Source: Sphyrna mokarran (taxonomy: Eukaryota). From it: a stretch of DNA of 64,000 nucleotides. The notes under the pieces were generated by a model. That model did not search any database and was not told the origin of the DNA. It was given only the letters and a program-made list of their open reading frames with translations. The position numbers were made by a program, and so were the translations under genes. The DNA lies in assembly GCA_024679065.1 (NCBI GenBank), contig JAGIQG010000006.1, forward strand, positions 110,236,001 to 110,300,000, given 5' to 3'. Below, in pieces: positions 50,786 through 62,261 of the stretch; within the stretch, counting starts at the first letter, position 1; every line of letters starts with the position of its first letter.

Positions 50786-53029
50786 TGTGAGTTTGTCTCA
50801 TATATCAAATATCCTTGATTGGTTAAAAGAAAGTTCCTCACATGATGTTAGAGTTTTCTACAATCGATATTATAGTCAGTTCATGGAATTTTGTTTATCC
50901 TAGCAGAGCACTTAAGATTATGAAAAAAAATGCCTTAGCAGTTCTAAAATTGCATAATGGTTCCATGATGTGTAAGTACTAAGACATTTGGTCCAAGTTT
51001 GGCAATGTCAAATTTTGAAATAAACCTGAAATTATTCAAGGCGATCATTTTGTTCAAAATTTATCTTCCCTTCTTAAACTATAATTCCATGCTGGGCACA
51101 AACCAACTTCAGGCAAGCAAATTGTGATAAGCTTATCTTTCAATATTGAGTCTGCAGGTAGTTGCAGAGAAAATGTGGCAATCACTTTCCAGTTTTGAAG
51201 TCATTTTGAATCTTCCTAATAATGGCCATAGCATTACTTCTGCATGCTAGTTATGTGATTCTGATCAGCAGTGAAGTCTTTTAATTTTTCTAAAAAAAAA
51301 TTATAAAAATTTTTATATAATTATATAAAACCGGGTGTGTATTGATTTTGCTGTGAAAATTATATTTTTTGGGGTAGACTTTGTTAATGCAAATGCTCAC
51401 GGTGGCAAATGGAGATGAACGTCTGCTAATCTAATCCCCTAAGGTTTATCCCTTATGTGGAATCTACCAATCTTCCCTCATCTAGCCATATGCGTCCATG
51501 CACTTCAAATAAATTGATTATTTGGCAGCATGTTTGCTGGCACTTTAGAATCCCTATGGGTCTCTCTGTATTTTCTCCCATCTGGTACATTCCTGGCTTG
51601 CTATCCTTTTTTTGCAGGAAAATGGATTTGGCAAATGGCAGGCTAGGAGAATTGAGATTTTTTCAAATTTATTCTTCATGGGTGACCTTAGATTGGATGG
51701 ATCGACATCAATTTTTTTCCTGCAGGCTTCGATAAACTTATTCCACTGTGTTGTTTAGTCATGCAATAATGTGCAGAATTAAATCAGCTTGCCTGCACCT
51801 ATTTTTTCTAAGTTAAAATATAAGAGGGAAAATTTTCTGTCAAATACTAGACTGTATTGCTAGCCATGGTGCAAGGCAGTGTTTAAGTCAATAGTCTTCT
51901 AGTTTTCATCCTGGAGGTACAATTAGAATGACTGGCAGGTTTCTGATTTCTTTTTCCGTCTCAAGTGGTAGAGATGGGATCCACTGTTGGAGTTTGGGGG
52001 AAGTGACAGCTGGTCTAACAGAGGATATTGACTCACCAGCTGAGTTTTCTATTAAGTGAGGGGATTTGATTCGCTGCAGCCTTCTTTTATCCTCACCAAA
52101 GTATTTTGCCTATATTTCTTACATTTGCTTTTGGCTGAATTATTTTCAATGGGATTACATATCAAACATGTATTCTGAAAGCAATTTGTCAAAGGTCAAA
52201 ACACATCACAAAAATTGATAAAGGTTGTACATGGTGTATTGCTGGCCCATGGTAACTTGTGGAAGGTTTAAGGGCTTATTTTAAATCCTGGCAGAAAACC
52301 CACTTGAGAATTTGAGTTGGAGGCCGAGCAGAATTTAGCTGCTGAGCCTCATTTGAATGCTGCCCTGATTTGAACGCAACTCACCCACTAGAGGCTACAG
52401 GTGGCAACTGGCTGTCAAGTGAGCAACGAAGACTAGTTGGCATGGAGGATCTACATTGCCAATAAGACACTGCTACTACCAACAAAGAGTGGGAGTTGTC
52501 CTTTGAGATCCTTACAATAGGGGCTAAATCCAGCTGCTGGTCTGTAGAAGCCTGGACATTCTTTGTGGGAAACAGAAACTTTTATCCCTCCTAGCCTTAA
52601 AAAAGAAACTTTAAAAATTTCTTTAAGTTGGCTGCTGGACAGCTTTATCAGCAGATTAAAATATTGTTGAGGTGGATCTGAATTCTCCTGCTTGAATTTG
52701 TTGGGAGCTTCATCCGTCATAACAACCAATGAAGTTAAAATGGGGAATTGTTGGGAATGGAGTTGGAAATGGATCTGCTCCTTTTAACTGTGCCCTTCTT
52801 CCATTCCAGTTAAGATTCTCCAATAAATTTATCTTTGTCAATTACTCAGAAAATTTCCAGAGACCCAACAACTGGAGAGATCAAGGTGGCATAAGAAGCA
52901 TATTATGGTCATAAAGATTGAGAGTTTGGTGCCAAGAGGGCAGTGGATGTCACTGAGGACCTCTCCTCATCACCTTGGCATTAACCCACATAGCAGAATT
53001 ACACCATTTGGGGAGCACAATATGAGAAG

Positions 53030-53376
53030 GCAATGGCCTAATGATATTATCGCTAGGCTGTAAACTCCAGTAATGTTCTGGTGACTCAGGTTCAAAACCT
53101 GCCATGGCAGATGGTGGAATTTGAATTCAATATCTGAAATTAAAAATCTACTGATGACCATGAAATCATTGTCGATTGTCAGGAAAAACCGATCTGGTTC
53201 ATGAATGTCCTCCAGGGAAGGAAATCTGCCATCCTTATCTGGTCTGGCTACATGTGACTCCAGAGGCACAGCAATATGGTTGACTCTCAACTGCCCTCTG
53301 GACAAGGGTAACTAGGGAGGGCAATAAGTGCTGACCAGCCAGCAGCATCCACGTCCCATGAATGAATAAATAAAAA
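53030..53376 (+). mobile_element. SacSINE1-like DeuSINE, full length
   Basis: Colinear with 25020-25385; tail 'gggcaataagtgctgaccagccagcagcatccacgtcccatgaatgaataaa'. Confidence 0.85.
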
Positions 53377-55149
53377 ACCTGTGGAATGTTGGTGGGCTGG
53401 ATACCACTGCCTGATTGAGGGATCTGTCATCGAGAATAGCAGCGAGGGTAGCCACTAACAGCACCTTCCTGTCCTTGCAATTGACCCCCTTCCACTTCAA
53501 CCCCCACCCTACTGTTTTGCCCCCACAATCACTTCTGATCTAAGTCATGGAACAATACTAGGTCCAGCAACAAAATTAAAGTTCCTAGCATCTCTCTCTA
53601 CAGATACTGCCTGACCTGCTGAGGCAGTATCCAGCATTTTTTGTCTTTGTTTTAAATTTCCACCATCTGCAATATTTTGCTTTTCTAACACATGATCCAT
53701 TGCATAACAAATGCAACTAACTGCTGTCAATAGAATATATTAGACCCAGACATTCATTTGGCTCCTATCACTTTTACTTGCTTTTGAAGCTATAGGTAAG
53801 ATGAATAATATTTCCAATCACAAGGGTAATTACTTCCATTTATAGCTTATTAAAGCAATAGTTTGGTTTGTTCCACACCATGATGTTAGAATGCTAAACA
53901 ACTGGAAAGCTGGTAGTTTTTTTGTTTGTGGTCTGGCAGCATGGAAACAAAATTCACATTTCCACAACTGCCACATTATTAGCCATACACTGGAACTCCG
54001 TCCCCATGAGACAGCTTGCCTAGTAACTAGAACCTTGAATAATTGTTCTTTGTACCTGTATTCAATACATTTGTACTCTACCATATCAAACTCATGGTGA
54101 CTTATTGATGAGATAAGATAACTTTGACTTTGAAACACATATGCAATCCTTGCTATGGGGCTATCTCCAGCAATCAAGAGGAAATTACAATGCTCAAGCC
54201 ATTCAGCATGACATAGAAATACTTTATACATGAACAATTGTTCAGCACACTGATTTTATATATTGGTTTAAATCAGACTGAAAGAGTATCCCACCAGTGA
54301 CATATTATCAGTCTCCCAAAAATGGGAGGTCATTTTTCTGTTTGTACCCATCCAAAAAAAATCCTTTCAATTTTTTTCCATGTAACCTGTGTCCCATTAT
54401 AGACACAGATGCCTGTAAGAGTTCTCACTGAAACTAATTTAAAAAATATATTTAACAAAAAAAAATTACAAGGTTATATGACTGCTATAAATACACCATC
54501 CAAGGCAATGAAATAATGGTACTGTCATTTGTGGGGCAGTTTATAGTTCACATTGAAATAAAATCATATTCTTTTGACTTCCACTCCATATGCTCTCCAT
54601 ATGCTCAATGAAACAAAAGTTGGCAGTAAGTGAAACTCTGGAACATTGCACCTCAGTTCAATTACATGCTGCAACATGAAATGGTTGATGAACGTTTTCT
54701 GTCTCTCCTCACTCCCTAGTATTCACCATGTCACTATAGAGCCAAAGTCTTGGGTAGGTATGAAACACAGAAGAGAGGAAAAAAATTAGAGCACATTCAT
54801 TTCGGTGGACTTTAAGAGTGCTTTGCTAAAAGTCAAGCAATTGTTGAATGATGATGAATCTCTAATTCATGGTTCATGTTAGTATTTTGGAGGTAGTCAC
54901 TTAGTAGCACACAGTATTGTTAACATAATAAGACTTCATTTTGAATCATCAGATCCTAAAGCACAAATACTAATCCAAAGGAGACAACAAATTTATATCG
55001 TATGAACCAGTGCTGTTTGACTGACAAATAGACTCTGATTGCTAGAGGCATTGCCATGGAGAATGCACCAATTAATGATGACTGATGCTCACTGGACTTG
55101 TGTAAGAGATGAATTGGCATGATATAAATGACAAGGTTCATCCTTGCAG

Positions 55150-55500
55150 CTCGCCACATCCATAAATGTCTGGGCCACCCAAGACACACAAAGGTGATGA
55201 TCTTTTACTCCCTATCTTATCTATGGCCATGTCTGCACATCATTAATTGGCCAAATGGCTGGATGAATTGTTACAACCAGTTTTGATCATGTTTTCCACA
55301 TACATGCTGAAGGAGTCCTTCAATTTACATATCAATAGCAGTATTGTGTCCATGTATTCATTTGACATTGTTGCTCCATTCACCAATGTTCCACTTAAGA
55401 AATCCATAGGTATTTGCACTGCAGCACTATATCATGGTGATCTAGATCCACCACCGTTTGGTGAATCAGCATTAATTGAGCTTAAGAACGTGGCAACACA
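55150..55500 (+). pseudogene. Penelope-like reverse transcriptase fragment
   Basis: PKTHK...PILSM...LAKWLDELLQP...SFDIVAPFTNVPL matches PLE RT motifs (PKxHK, RPI, SFDVxSLFTNVP). Confidence 0.8.
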
Positions 55501-55767
55501 TTGTCTCCCTTGAATTTTGTCCTGTTAAGTGCAAGACAAAAGATTTGACAAAAATGTCTCTTTTTTAGCAATATTTTAGAGGTAATGTTTATTTCTAGAA
55601 AGATTAGAAGTGTAAAGAGTAAGATAACTAAAATGATGGACTTTGGAGATTGCAAAACATCTCAAAATATGTTAGTACAGAAAGTTACCCTATTTGTTCA
55701 GTAGAGCCAGAATGGAAGGGAAGAAGCCATGACACAACAGGTCAACTTAGCTGGAGACTGGAAACAT

Positions 55768-56098
55768 GGGTACTGATTTTATTGTGCGAAGACTTGGTAG
55801 AGTTAGACATGAAGTGAGAAGCGTGATCCACGGCTGCCTCTGCGGCCACTCCTCCTTTATCAATGGCTGAAACTAGCAACGAATGGGACCATGACTGAAA
55901 CAGCGCCATGGCAATTTAAATGCATTTGAATGCATTTAAACTGAATTAAAGGGCTAGATGCCATCCAGCACTTCCCCTTTTATCACTGCATTCATCCAAT
56001 CAGATTTGGTGCGAAACAGACATGGTCCACAAAGGATTGATTCGGGTGCTCTAGCTTCTGAGGAGGTAAGTTCAGTACTTTGGCAGCTCTCTGACTCA

Positions 56099-56135
<37 letters not shown>

Positions 56136-57130
56136 CAAAGAATAAAACAGCACGGGAAACAGGCCCTTCGGCCCAACAAGCCCTCACTGCCACCCCGATG
56201 TTCCCACCTCTACCTGCAATCCCTGCCCATGTTTATAGATCTATGAATTAAAAACCAAATTTGAGACAATTTAGGGAGAATTTGTTTTGCCAATTAGCCT
56301 GAGAGCACATCTTTGGGATGTGGGAGGAAACCGGAGCACCCAGAGGAAACTCACGCAAGCACGGGGAGAATGCGCAAACTCCCACAGACACAGGCCCAAA
56401 TCTATGTATCTGCACAGCACAGCGATAGTCACTGAGCTGTCGTGTTGCCCATCAAATGTGTGTGTATGTGTGTGTGTATGTGTGTGGGGTGGGGGGGGGG
56501 GGGTTGGTAGGGGGGGCTTTGCGGAGCTGGTCAGATAGCTATCTGGTCCACAGATGGGGGAGGTTATATCACTCTCTGGTGGAGGGGACGAAAATGGGCC
56601 AGATGGCTCTCTGGTGGGGAGATGGGGGAGGAGGCGGGACGGGGGGGTGGGGCACTGCCACTCTGTGTACATTTGGTGGGGTGGGGGAGGAGGGGGGGTT
56701 CTGTTGCCACACTGTATGCGATCGGTGGGGTGTAAGGGGGAGGTGTCTGCATGCTATCAGCTGGGGAAAGGAGCGCCGGTGGCCACGGTCGGTCAGGGTG
56801 GTAGGGGGCATGGTGGGGTAAGGGCAACAGTAATGTTGTAGGGGTGAGGCAATGGTGTGGAGGCCAGAGGCAGACACTATCCAACCTGAGAGTGATGTGG
56901 CAGAGGAGCGTTTTTCTATTGTTTTTTACTGTGCATGCACAATTGAAGGCTCTGATCAAAGCTGCATTGTCTTGAGTACATTAAGCCCAACCCATAGGCT
57001 TGTGCAGCGCGATTCAGAATCACTGATATTTTTTCAGGCAGAATGCATATGGGTCTCAAAGTCAGATCTGAAACACTCTCAGTTTCAAGTCCGCCCAGCA
57101 CTTAGAATCAAAATGGTAGAATTGGGGCCC
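55768..57130. mobile_element. Non-autonomous Harbinger-type element (30324 family) with a (TG)n run and SINE insertion
   Basis: Ends gggtactgatttta / tggtagaattggggccc; internal similarity to 30324-31534. Confidence 0.8.
56133..56450 (-). mobile_element. V-SINE, tail variant C (CR1-type tail like the young CR1), inserted in (TG)n
   Basis: V-domain plus tail 'acagcacgggaaacaggcccttcggcccaacaag', matching 59079-59108. Confidence 0.75.
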
Positions 57131-59060
57131 TGGTGCCTACATTGCTTGCGAAGAAGTATATTACAGAGAGATATTTTGTTTTGGGAGTTAGAGCTAAATT
57201 AGTTTAAAAGCATTGATTGAACCTTGAAAATACATTATCATGGAGTTTTGGGGAGATTAAGAAGGTTCTCTGGGTTTCATGATAAACCTCACTTACTGTG
57301 CTGTCTGGAGAAAAGACACAATTCTCCAACAATGCTCAGGATTCCCTTCACACACATTGTTCGCCACTTTAACACTTCAATAGCAGGTTAGATGTAAGGA
57401 TTCGCATTCTAATCAGCAATCTCTGACTGTCTGTGCTGATGTGTGCTATTGCAGACCAGAACACTGCATTTGCCTGAGGAAGACACAGAGTGTTGAAAGC
57501 TCACTTTTTTACTATCAAATAAATCGGTTGGATTATAAATTGGTGTTGCTAAATTCTTACTGAGTTCTTTCATGATACAACCAGAAGGAAAGTTTTCATG
57601 TGATCCAGTCTACAAAATAGGATGTAAAACCACTGATTCTCTTTGCAAAACCACATCTGTCATTCAGGCTCAGGGTCTTTGTAAACATTGCAGTTAGGAA
57701 CAATGGGGGTGCTTGAGATGCATCCAAGCATGAAGGAAAAGATAAATAAACACAGCTGATGAGACAAGAGCAAAATATGGTAGATGCTGGAATCCTAAAC
57801 AAAAACAGAAAACACTGGAAAAGAAAATGCTGAAAAATAGCACTGAATTATTTTCAAGAATATTGTAAAATAATTTCAAAATAAAGAGAGGAGAAAATGG
57901 GAGAATGCCACAAAGTGAATTGCTCACTTGGAGAGTTGATACAGATGTGATGGGCTGAAAGTAAAAATTTTGTGATTCCCTAGTTAAACAAATATGCCAG
58001 CTTTAGATGGGGATTCATTAGCCCCATTTGCTGATGGCAGGCATCACAGTTACCCACTGAATTAGACATCAGAGCTAAAAACAGGATTAGTTCTAGGCAT
58101 GAGGGCTATCATGATTCACTCAACCCACCCTTTAGGAATTACAATTTCCCGCTGAATTGGATGTAAGAGCTAAAAGTGAAAAATGGGATTACCACCAGGC
58201 TTGAGGACTATCATGATTCACTTGACCCACCCCGTTGTCGCCGATCAGATTCTCACCTAGAACAGGCAGCAATCCAATTAATATGCAAACCCAGTATTGT
58301 AAGCCGATTTGACGGCCCATTCCCTGCCCTCGCCATTCACTCATTTCTCTAGTGGGAAATGCACCGGATTGGATTTGGTGTTGGGCCCTGAGGGTTCAGT
58401 GGAGCACCACCAACCCGTCAGCAAAGAGAGGCATCTTCCCCCATCCACCACTCAAATAACTGACTACCCTCCTCCACACCACAAAGGGGATGTGTCCCCT
58501 TGGAGATTAGGTGGTCCTGGGTTGAAGCTAAAGTGTTGACCTCGACACTCTCTCCCAGGATGGGGGTCTTGTGGCTGGACTGCCCCTTCTAACCCTGTCA
58601 GACCTGAAGATAATCCCTGACAAAATAGGAAGACAGATTATTATTTGATTGGGTACAAATTGAAAGAGGTGAATATACAACAAAATTTGGTTGTAGAGGG
58701 AAGATGCCTCTCTTTGCTGAGGGTTTGGTGGTATTCTCCAAACTCTCAGGGTTCACGACCATAGCCCATCTGGTGCATCTCCTGCTAGAGTGAATGGTGA
58801 GGGGGAGGGGCAATGAATGAGCCATCAAGCCTGCTAACTATATTTCAATTACCAGGTTTACATATTAATTGGGTTGCAGCCTGCTCTGGAGGAACCCAGT
58901 AAGGGCCGAAGGATGGGCTGAGTGAATCATGATACTCCTTATGCTTGGAACTAATCCTATTTTTAGCCCTGAAATCCAATTCAGTGGGTAACTGTGATTC
59001 CTGCCTTCAGCAAATGGAGTAAGAAGTCTGACAACACCAGCTTTAAGTCCAACCAATTTA

Positions 59061-60730
59061 CATAGAACATAGAACACTACAGCACAAACAGGCCCTTCGG
59101 CCCACAAGTTGTGCCGAACACATCAAAACCTACCCAGCCATAGACCTAACTATAACCCCCAATCCCATTGGATCCCATATACTCATCCAGAAGTCTTTTA
59201 AAAGACCCCAGCGAGTTCGCCTCGACCGCCACCAATGGCAGCCGATTCCATTCACTCACCACCCTCTGAGTGAAAAACTTTCCCCTAGCATCCCCTCTGT
59301 ACTTGCTTCCCTGAATCTTAAATCTGTGCCCTCTCGTCGCGACCATTTCAGCCCTGAGAAATAGTCTCTGAGAGTCCACCCTATCTATTCCTCTCAACAT
59401 CTTGTAAACCTCTATCAGGTCGCCTCTCAACCTTCGTCTCTCCAGGGAGAACAGTCCCAGCTCCCTCAACCTGTCTTCATAAGGCATGCCTCCCCATCCA
59501 GGCAACATCCTTGTAAATCTCCTCTGCACCCTTTCAATAGCTTCCACGTCCTTCCTATAGTGAGGCGACCAGAACTGCGCACAGTACTCCAAGTGTGGTC
59601 TGACAAGGGTCCTATAAAGCTGCAGCATTACCTCCTGACTCCTGAACTCAATCCCTCGATGAATGAAGGCCAGTACACCGTAAGCTTTCTTAACCACATC
59701 CTCCACCTGGGAGGCCGATTTGAGAGTCTTATGGACCCGGACCCCAAGATCCCTCTGCTCTTCCACACAGCTAAGACTCCTACCTTTGATAGTGTACTCA
59801 TTCATCCCGTTGAATCTGCCAAAATGGACCACAACACATTTATCCGCGTTGAAGTCCATCTGCCACTTCTCCGCCCAGTCTTGCATCCTGTCGATGTCAT
59901 GCTGCAACTTCTGACATCCCTCCAGACCATCCACAACACCACCGACCTTCGTGTCATCGGCGAACTTACTCACCCATCCCTCCACTTCCTCATCCAGGTC
60001 ATTTATGAAAATGACAAACAGCAAGGGTCCTAGAACAGATCCCTGGGGCACTCCACTGGTGACCGACCTCCATGCAGAAAAAGAGCCATCCACAACCACC
60101 CTCTGCCTTCTGCAGGCAAGCCAGTTCTGGATCCACAAGGCCAAAGCCCCTTGGATCCCATGCCCTCTCACCTTCTCAAGAAGTCTTGCATGTGGGACCT
60201 TGTCAAATGCCTTGCTGAAGTCCATGTACACCACGTCCACTGCTCTTCCTTCGTCAATGTGTTCAGTCACATTTTCGAAGAACTCAATTAAGCTCGTAAG
60301 GCATGACCTGCCTTTTACAAAACCATGCTGACTATTTCTAATCAACCTAAACTTCTCCAAATGCTCGTAAATCTTGTCCCTCAGAAGCCTCTCCATCAGC
60401 TTACCAACCACTGAGGTCAGACTCACCGGTCGGTAATTTCCAGGACTATCCCTGTTCCCTTTCTTGAAAATAGGGACCACATCCGCAATCCTCCAATCCT
60501 CCGGAACCCCTCCCGTCTCCATCGACGACGCAAAGATCATCGCCAGGGGCTCTGCAATGACATCCCTCACCTCCCACAATAACCTGGGGTACATCCCATC
60601 TGGTCCCGGAGACTTGTCTATCTTGATAGCATTTAGAAGTTCTAACACATTCGCTTCCTTAATATCTACATACTCAATCTTTTCAGTCTGCTGCAAACTT
60701 GTAGTGCATCCTCCCAGATCACTTTTCAAA
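59061..60730 (-). mobile_element. Young 5'-truncated CR1 (HER1-like) LINE
   Basis: Uninterrupted RT ORF, short 3' UTR, (TTCTATG)n tail, many retained CpGs and a probable TSD aattta. Confidence 0.95.
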
Positions 60731-60741
60731 ATTACTATCAA
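59146..60741 (-). CDS. CR1 ORF2 reverse transcriptase domain and C-terminus (no endonuclease; the ORF-track start is artefactual)
   Basis: 531 aa with no stops: KSPGPDG, NYRPVSLTS, QHGF, DFSKAFDKVPH, GVPQGSVLGPLLF, KFADDTK, RPHLEYC. Confidence 0.9.
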   Translation of the reverse strand: MIVILKSDLGGCTTSLQQTEKIEYVDIKEANVLELLNAIKIDKSPGPDGMYPRLLWEVRDVIAEPLAMIFASSMETGGVPEDWRIADVVPIFKKGNRDSPGNYRPVSLTSVVGKLMERLLRDKIYEHLEKFRLIRNSQHGFVKGRSCLTSLIEFFENVTEHIDEGRAVDVVYMDFSKAFDKVPHARLLEKVRGHGIQGALALWIQNWLACRRQRVVVDGSFSAWRSVTSGVPQGSVLGPLLFVIFINDLDEEVEGWVSKFADDTKVGGVVDGLEGCQKLQHDIDRMQDWAEKWQMDFNADKCVVVHFGRFNGMNEYTIKGRSLSCVEEQRDLGVRVHKTLKSASQVEDVVKKAYGVLAFIHRGIEFRSQEVMLQLYRTLVRPHLEYCAQFWSPHYRKDVEAIERVQRRFTRMLPGWGGMPYEDRLRELGLFSLERRRLRGDLIEVYKMLRGIDRVDSQRLFLRAEMVATRGHRFKIQGSKYRGDARGKFFTQRVVSEWNRLPLVAVEANSLGSFKRLLDEYMGSNGIGGYS

Positions 60742-61129
60742 ATTTATTTGATAGTAAACTCACAAGCTTTCAAGGCTGTCCTCTTAATCAGGAGAATGAG
60801 GTGTTCTGGTCTCAAACAGCACATCAAATAAATTGGTTGGACTTAAACCTGGTGTTGTCAGACTTCTTACTGTGTTCACCCCAGTCCAACTCTGGCATCT
60901 CTACATCATCAGCAAATGGAGCCAGTGATTCTCCTCCGAAAGATGCCATATTTGTTTAATTAGAGCATGACAGAATTGTTACATTCAGCCCATCATGTCT
61001 GCACTGATTCTCCGAGTGAGCATTTCATTTTATGCCATTCTCCCACTTTCTCCCCCCTTTAATTTTGAAATTATTTTATATTATTCCTGAAAATAATTCA
61101 ATTTGTTTAGCTAAATAAACTAACGAATT

Positions 61130-62260
61130 GACAAATTTTTAGATGTGATAATCTGGAATGAAATTAACAGTCACTTGGCCAAGTGTGGATTGATTAGTGT
61201 CAGCCACATTGATTTGTTAAAAGCAAATTTGATTTAACTAACTTGATTGAGTTTTTTGATGAGGTAACAGAGAGGATTGATGAGGGTAACGTGGTTGATG
61301 TGTACAATGACCTCTGAGAGATGTTTATAAAATGCTGCACAAAAGACTTGTCAGTACATTTCCATAGAATTCATAGAATCCTTGCAGCACAGAAAGAGGC
61401 CATTGAGTATGCACTGTCTGTCTGAAAGACCATTTCACATAGGCCCATCCCTTGCCTCTATCCCTGTAACCCAATACATTTAGCATGGCCAATCCACCCA
61501 ATCTGCACCTGGATTTTGGGAGCACATGCAGATATGGAGAGAACTTGCAAACTCCACACAGTCACCCAAGATCAGAATCAAACCTGGCTCCCTAGCAATA
61601 TAAGACAGCAGTGCTAACCATTGTGCCATCATGTTGCCCAGTTGAAGCTCTTGGTAGGATGGATAGGAATTGCGCTGAGTGACAGGGCACAGAGAGTACT
61701 GATGACCACAAGAAGGAATACAGTGGATCCCCCAGGGATTTACTGTGTCCTTAATAAATAAATTATTAAGATTTTGGTGTAGGGGGTAAAATTTCAAATT
61801 GCAGATGATGCAAAACTTGGAAATCGTGAAATGTGATGAAGTGAATGATAGGTTTTAAAAGGTTATAGAGGGTGCTGGTTGAATGCTCAGATACATGGCA
61901 AATGAAATTTAATTCAGGGAGGTATAAATTGATACATTTTTGTAAGAAGAACAAGAAGAAGCAATAACAAATAAAGGGTGTAATTCTCAAGCGGGTATGT
62001 GATCAGAGATATGTGGGCGTATAAATGCACAAATTATTGAAGGTGGCAGAGCAGTTAGAGACAATGGGTAAAAAGCCTACTAAATCCTGGGTTTTATAAA
62101 TAGAGACAGAGTACAAAAACATGGGCCTTATGATAAAGCTTTATCAGACATTGGTTTGGCCAGTTGCATCCAAATTCTGTGCATCATGCTTTAGGGCGGA
62201 TGTGAAAACATTAGTGAGAGTGAAGAAAGATTTATGAGAATGATTCCAAGAATTAGAGAC
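61130..62260 (+). mobile_element. Old CR1 RT relic containing an HE1 SINE (61362-61640, minus)
   Basis: TNLIEFFDEVTERIDEGNVVDV, KFADDAKL and WQMKFN motifs, heavily decayed. Confidence 0.85.
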
Positions 62261-62261
62261 T

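Larger units (their letters stand above)
59020..60908. mobile_element. Penelope-like pseudo-LTR insertion, split by the CR1
   Basis: Flanked by a 12-13 bp direct repeat (t)cagcaaatggag at 59007-59019 and 60909-60921. Confidence 0.8.
58009..60934. mobile_element. Fold-back MITE with long inverted arms; right arm interrupted by nested insertions
   Basis: Termini ggggattcattagccccatttgctga / tcagcaaatggagccagtgattctcc. About 58300-58445 is inverted at 58695-58830, and 58020-58130 at 58910-59019. Confidence 0.8.

Noticed and set aside
59560-60751. Plus-strand ORFs overlapping the RT
   Set aside because: They are antisense shadows of the CR1 ORF2.
2966-61797. Recurring short ORFs such as MVAQWLALL...LGHCLCGVC
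   Set aside because: They are incidental translations of HE1/V-SINE copies, not a gene family.
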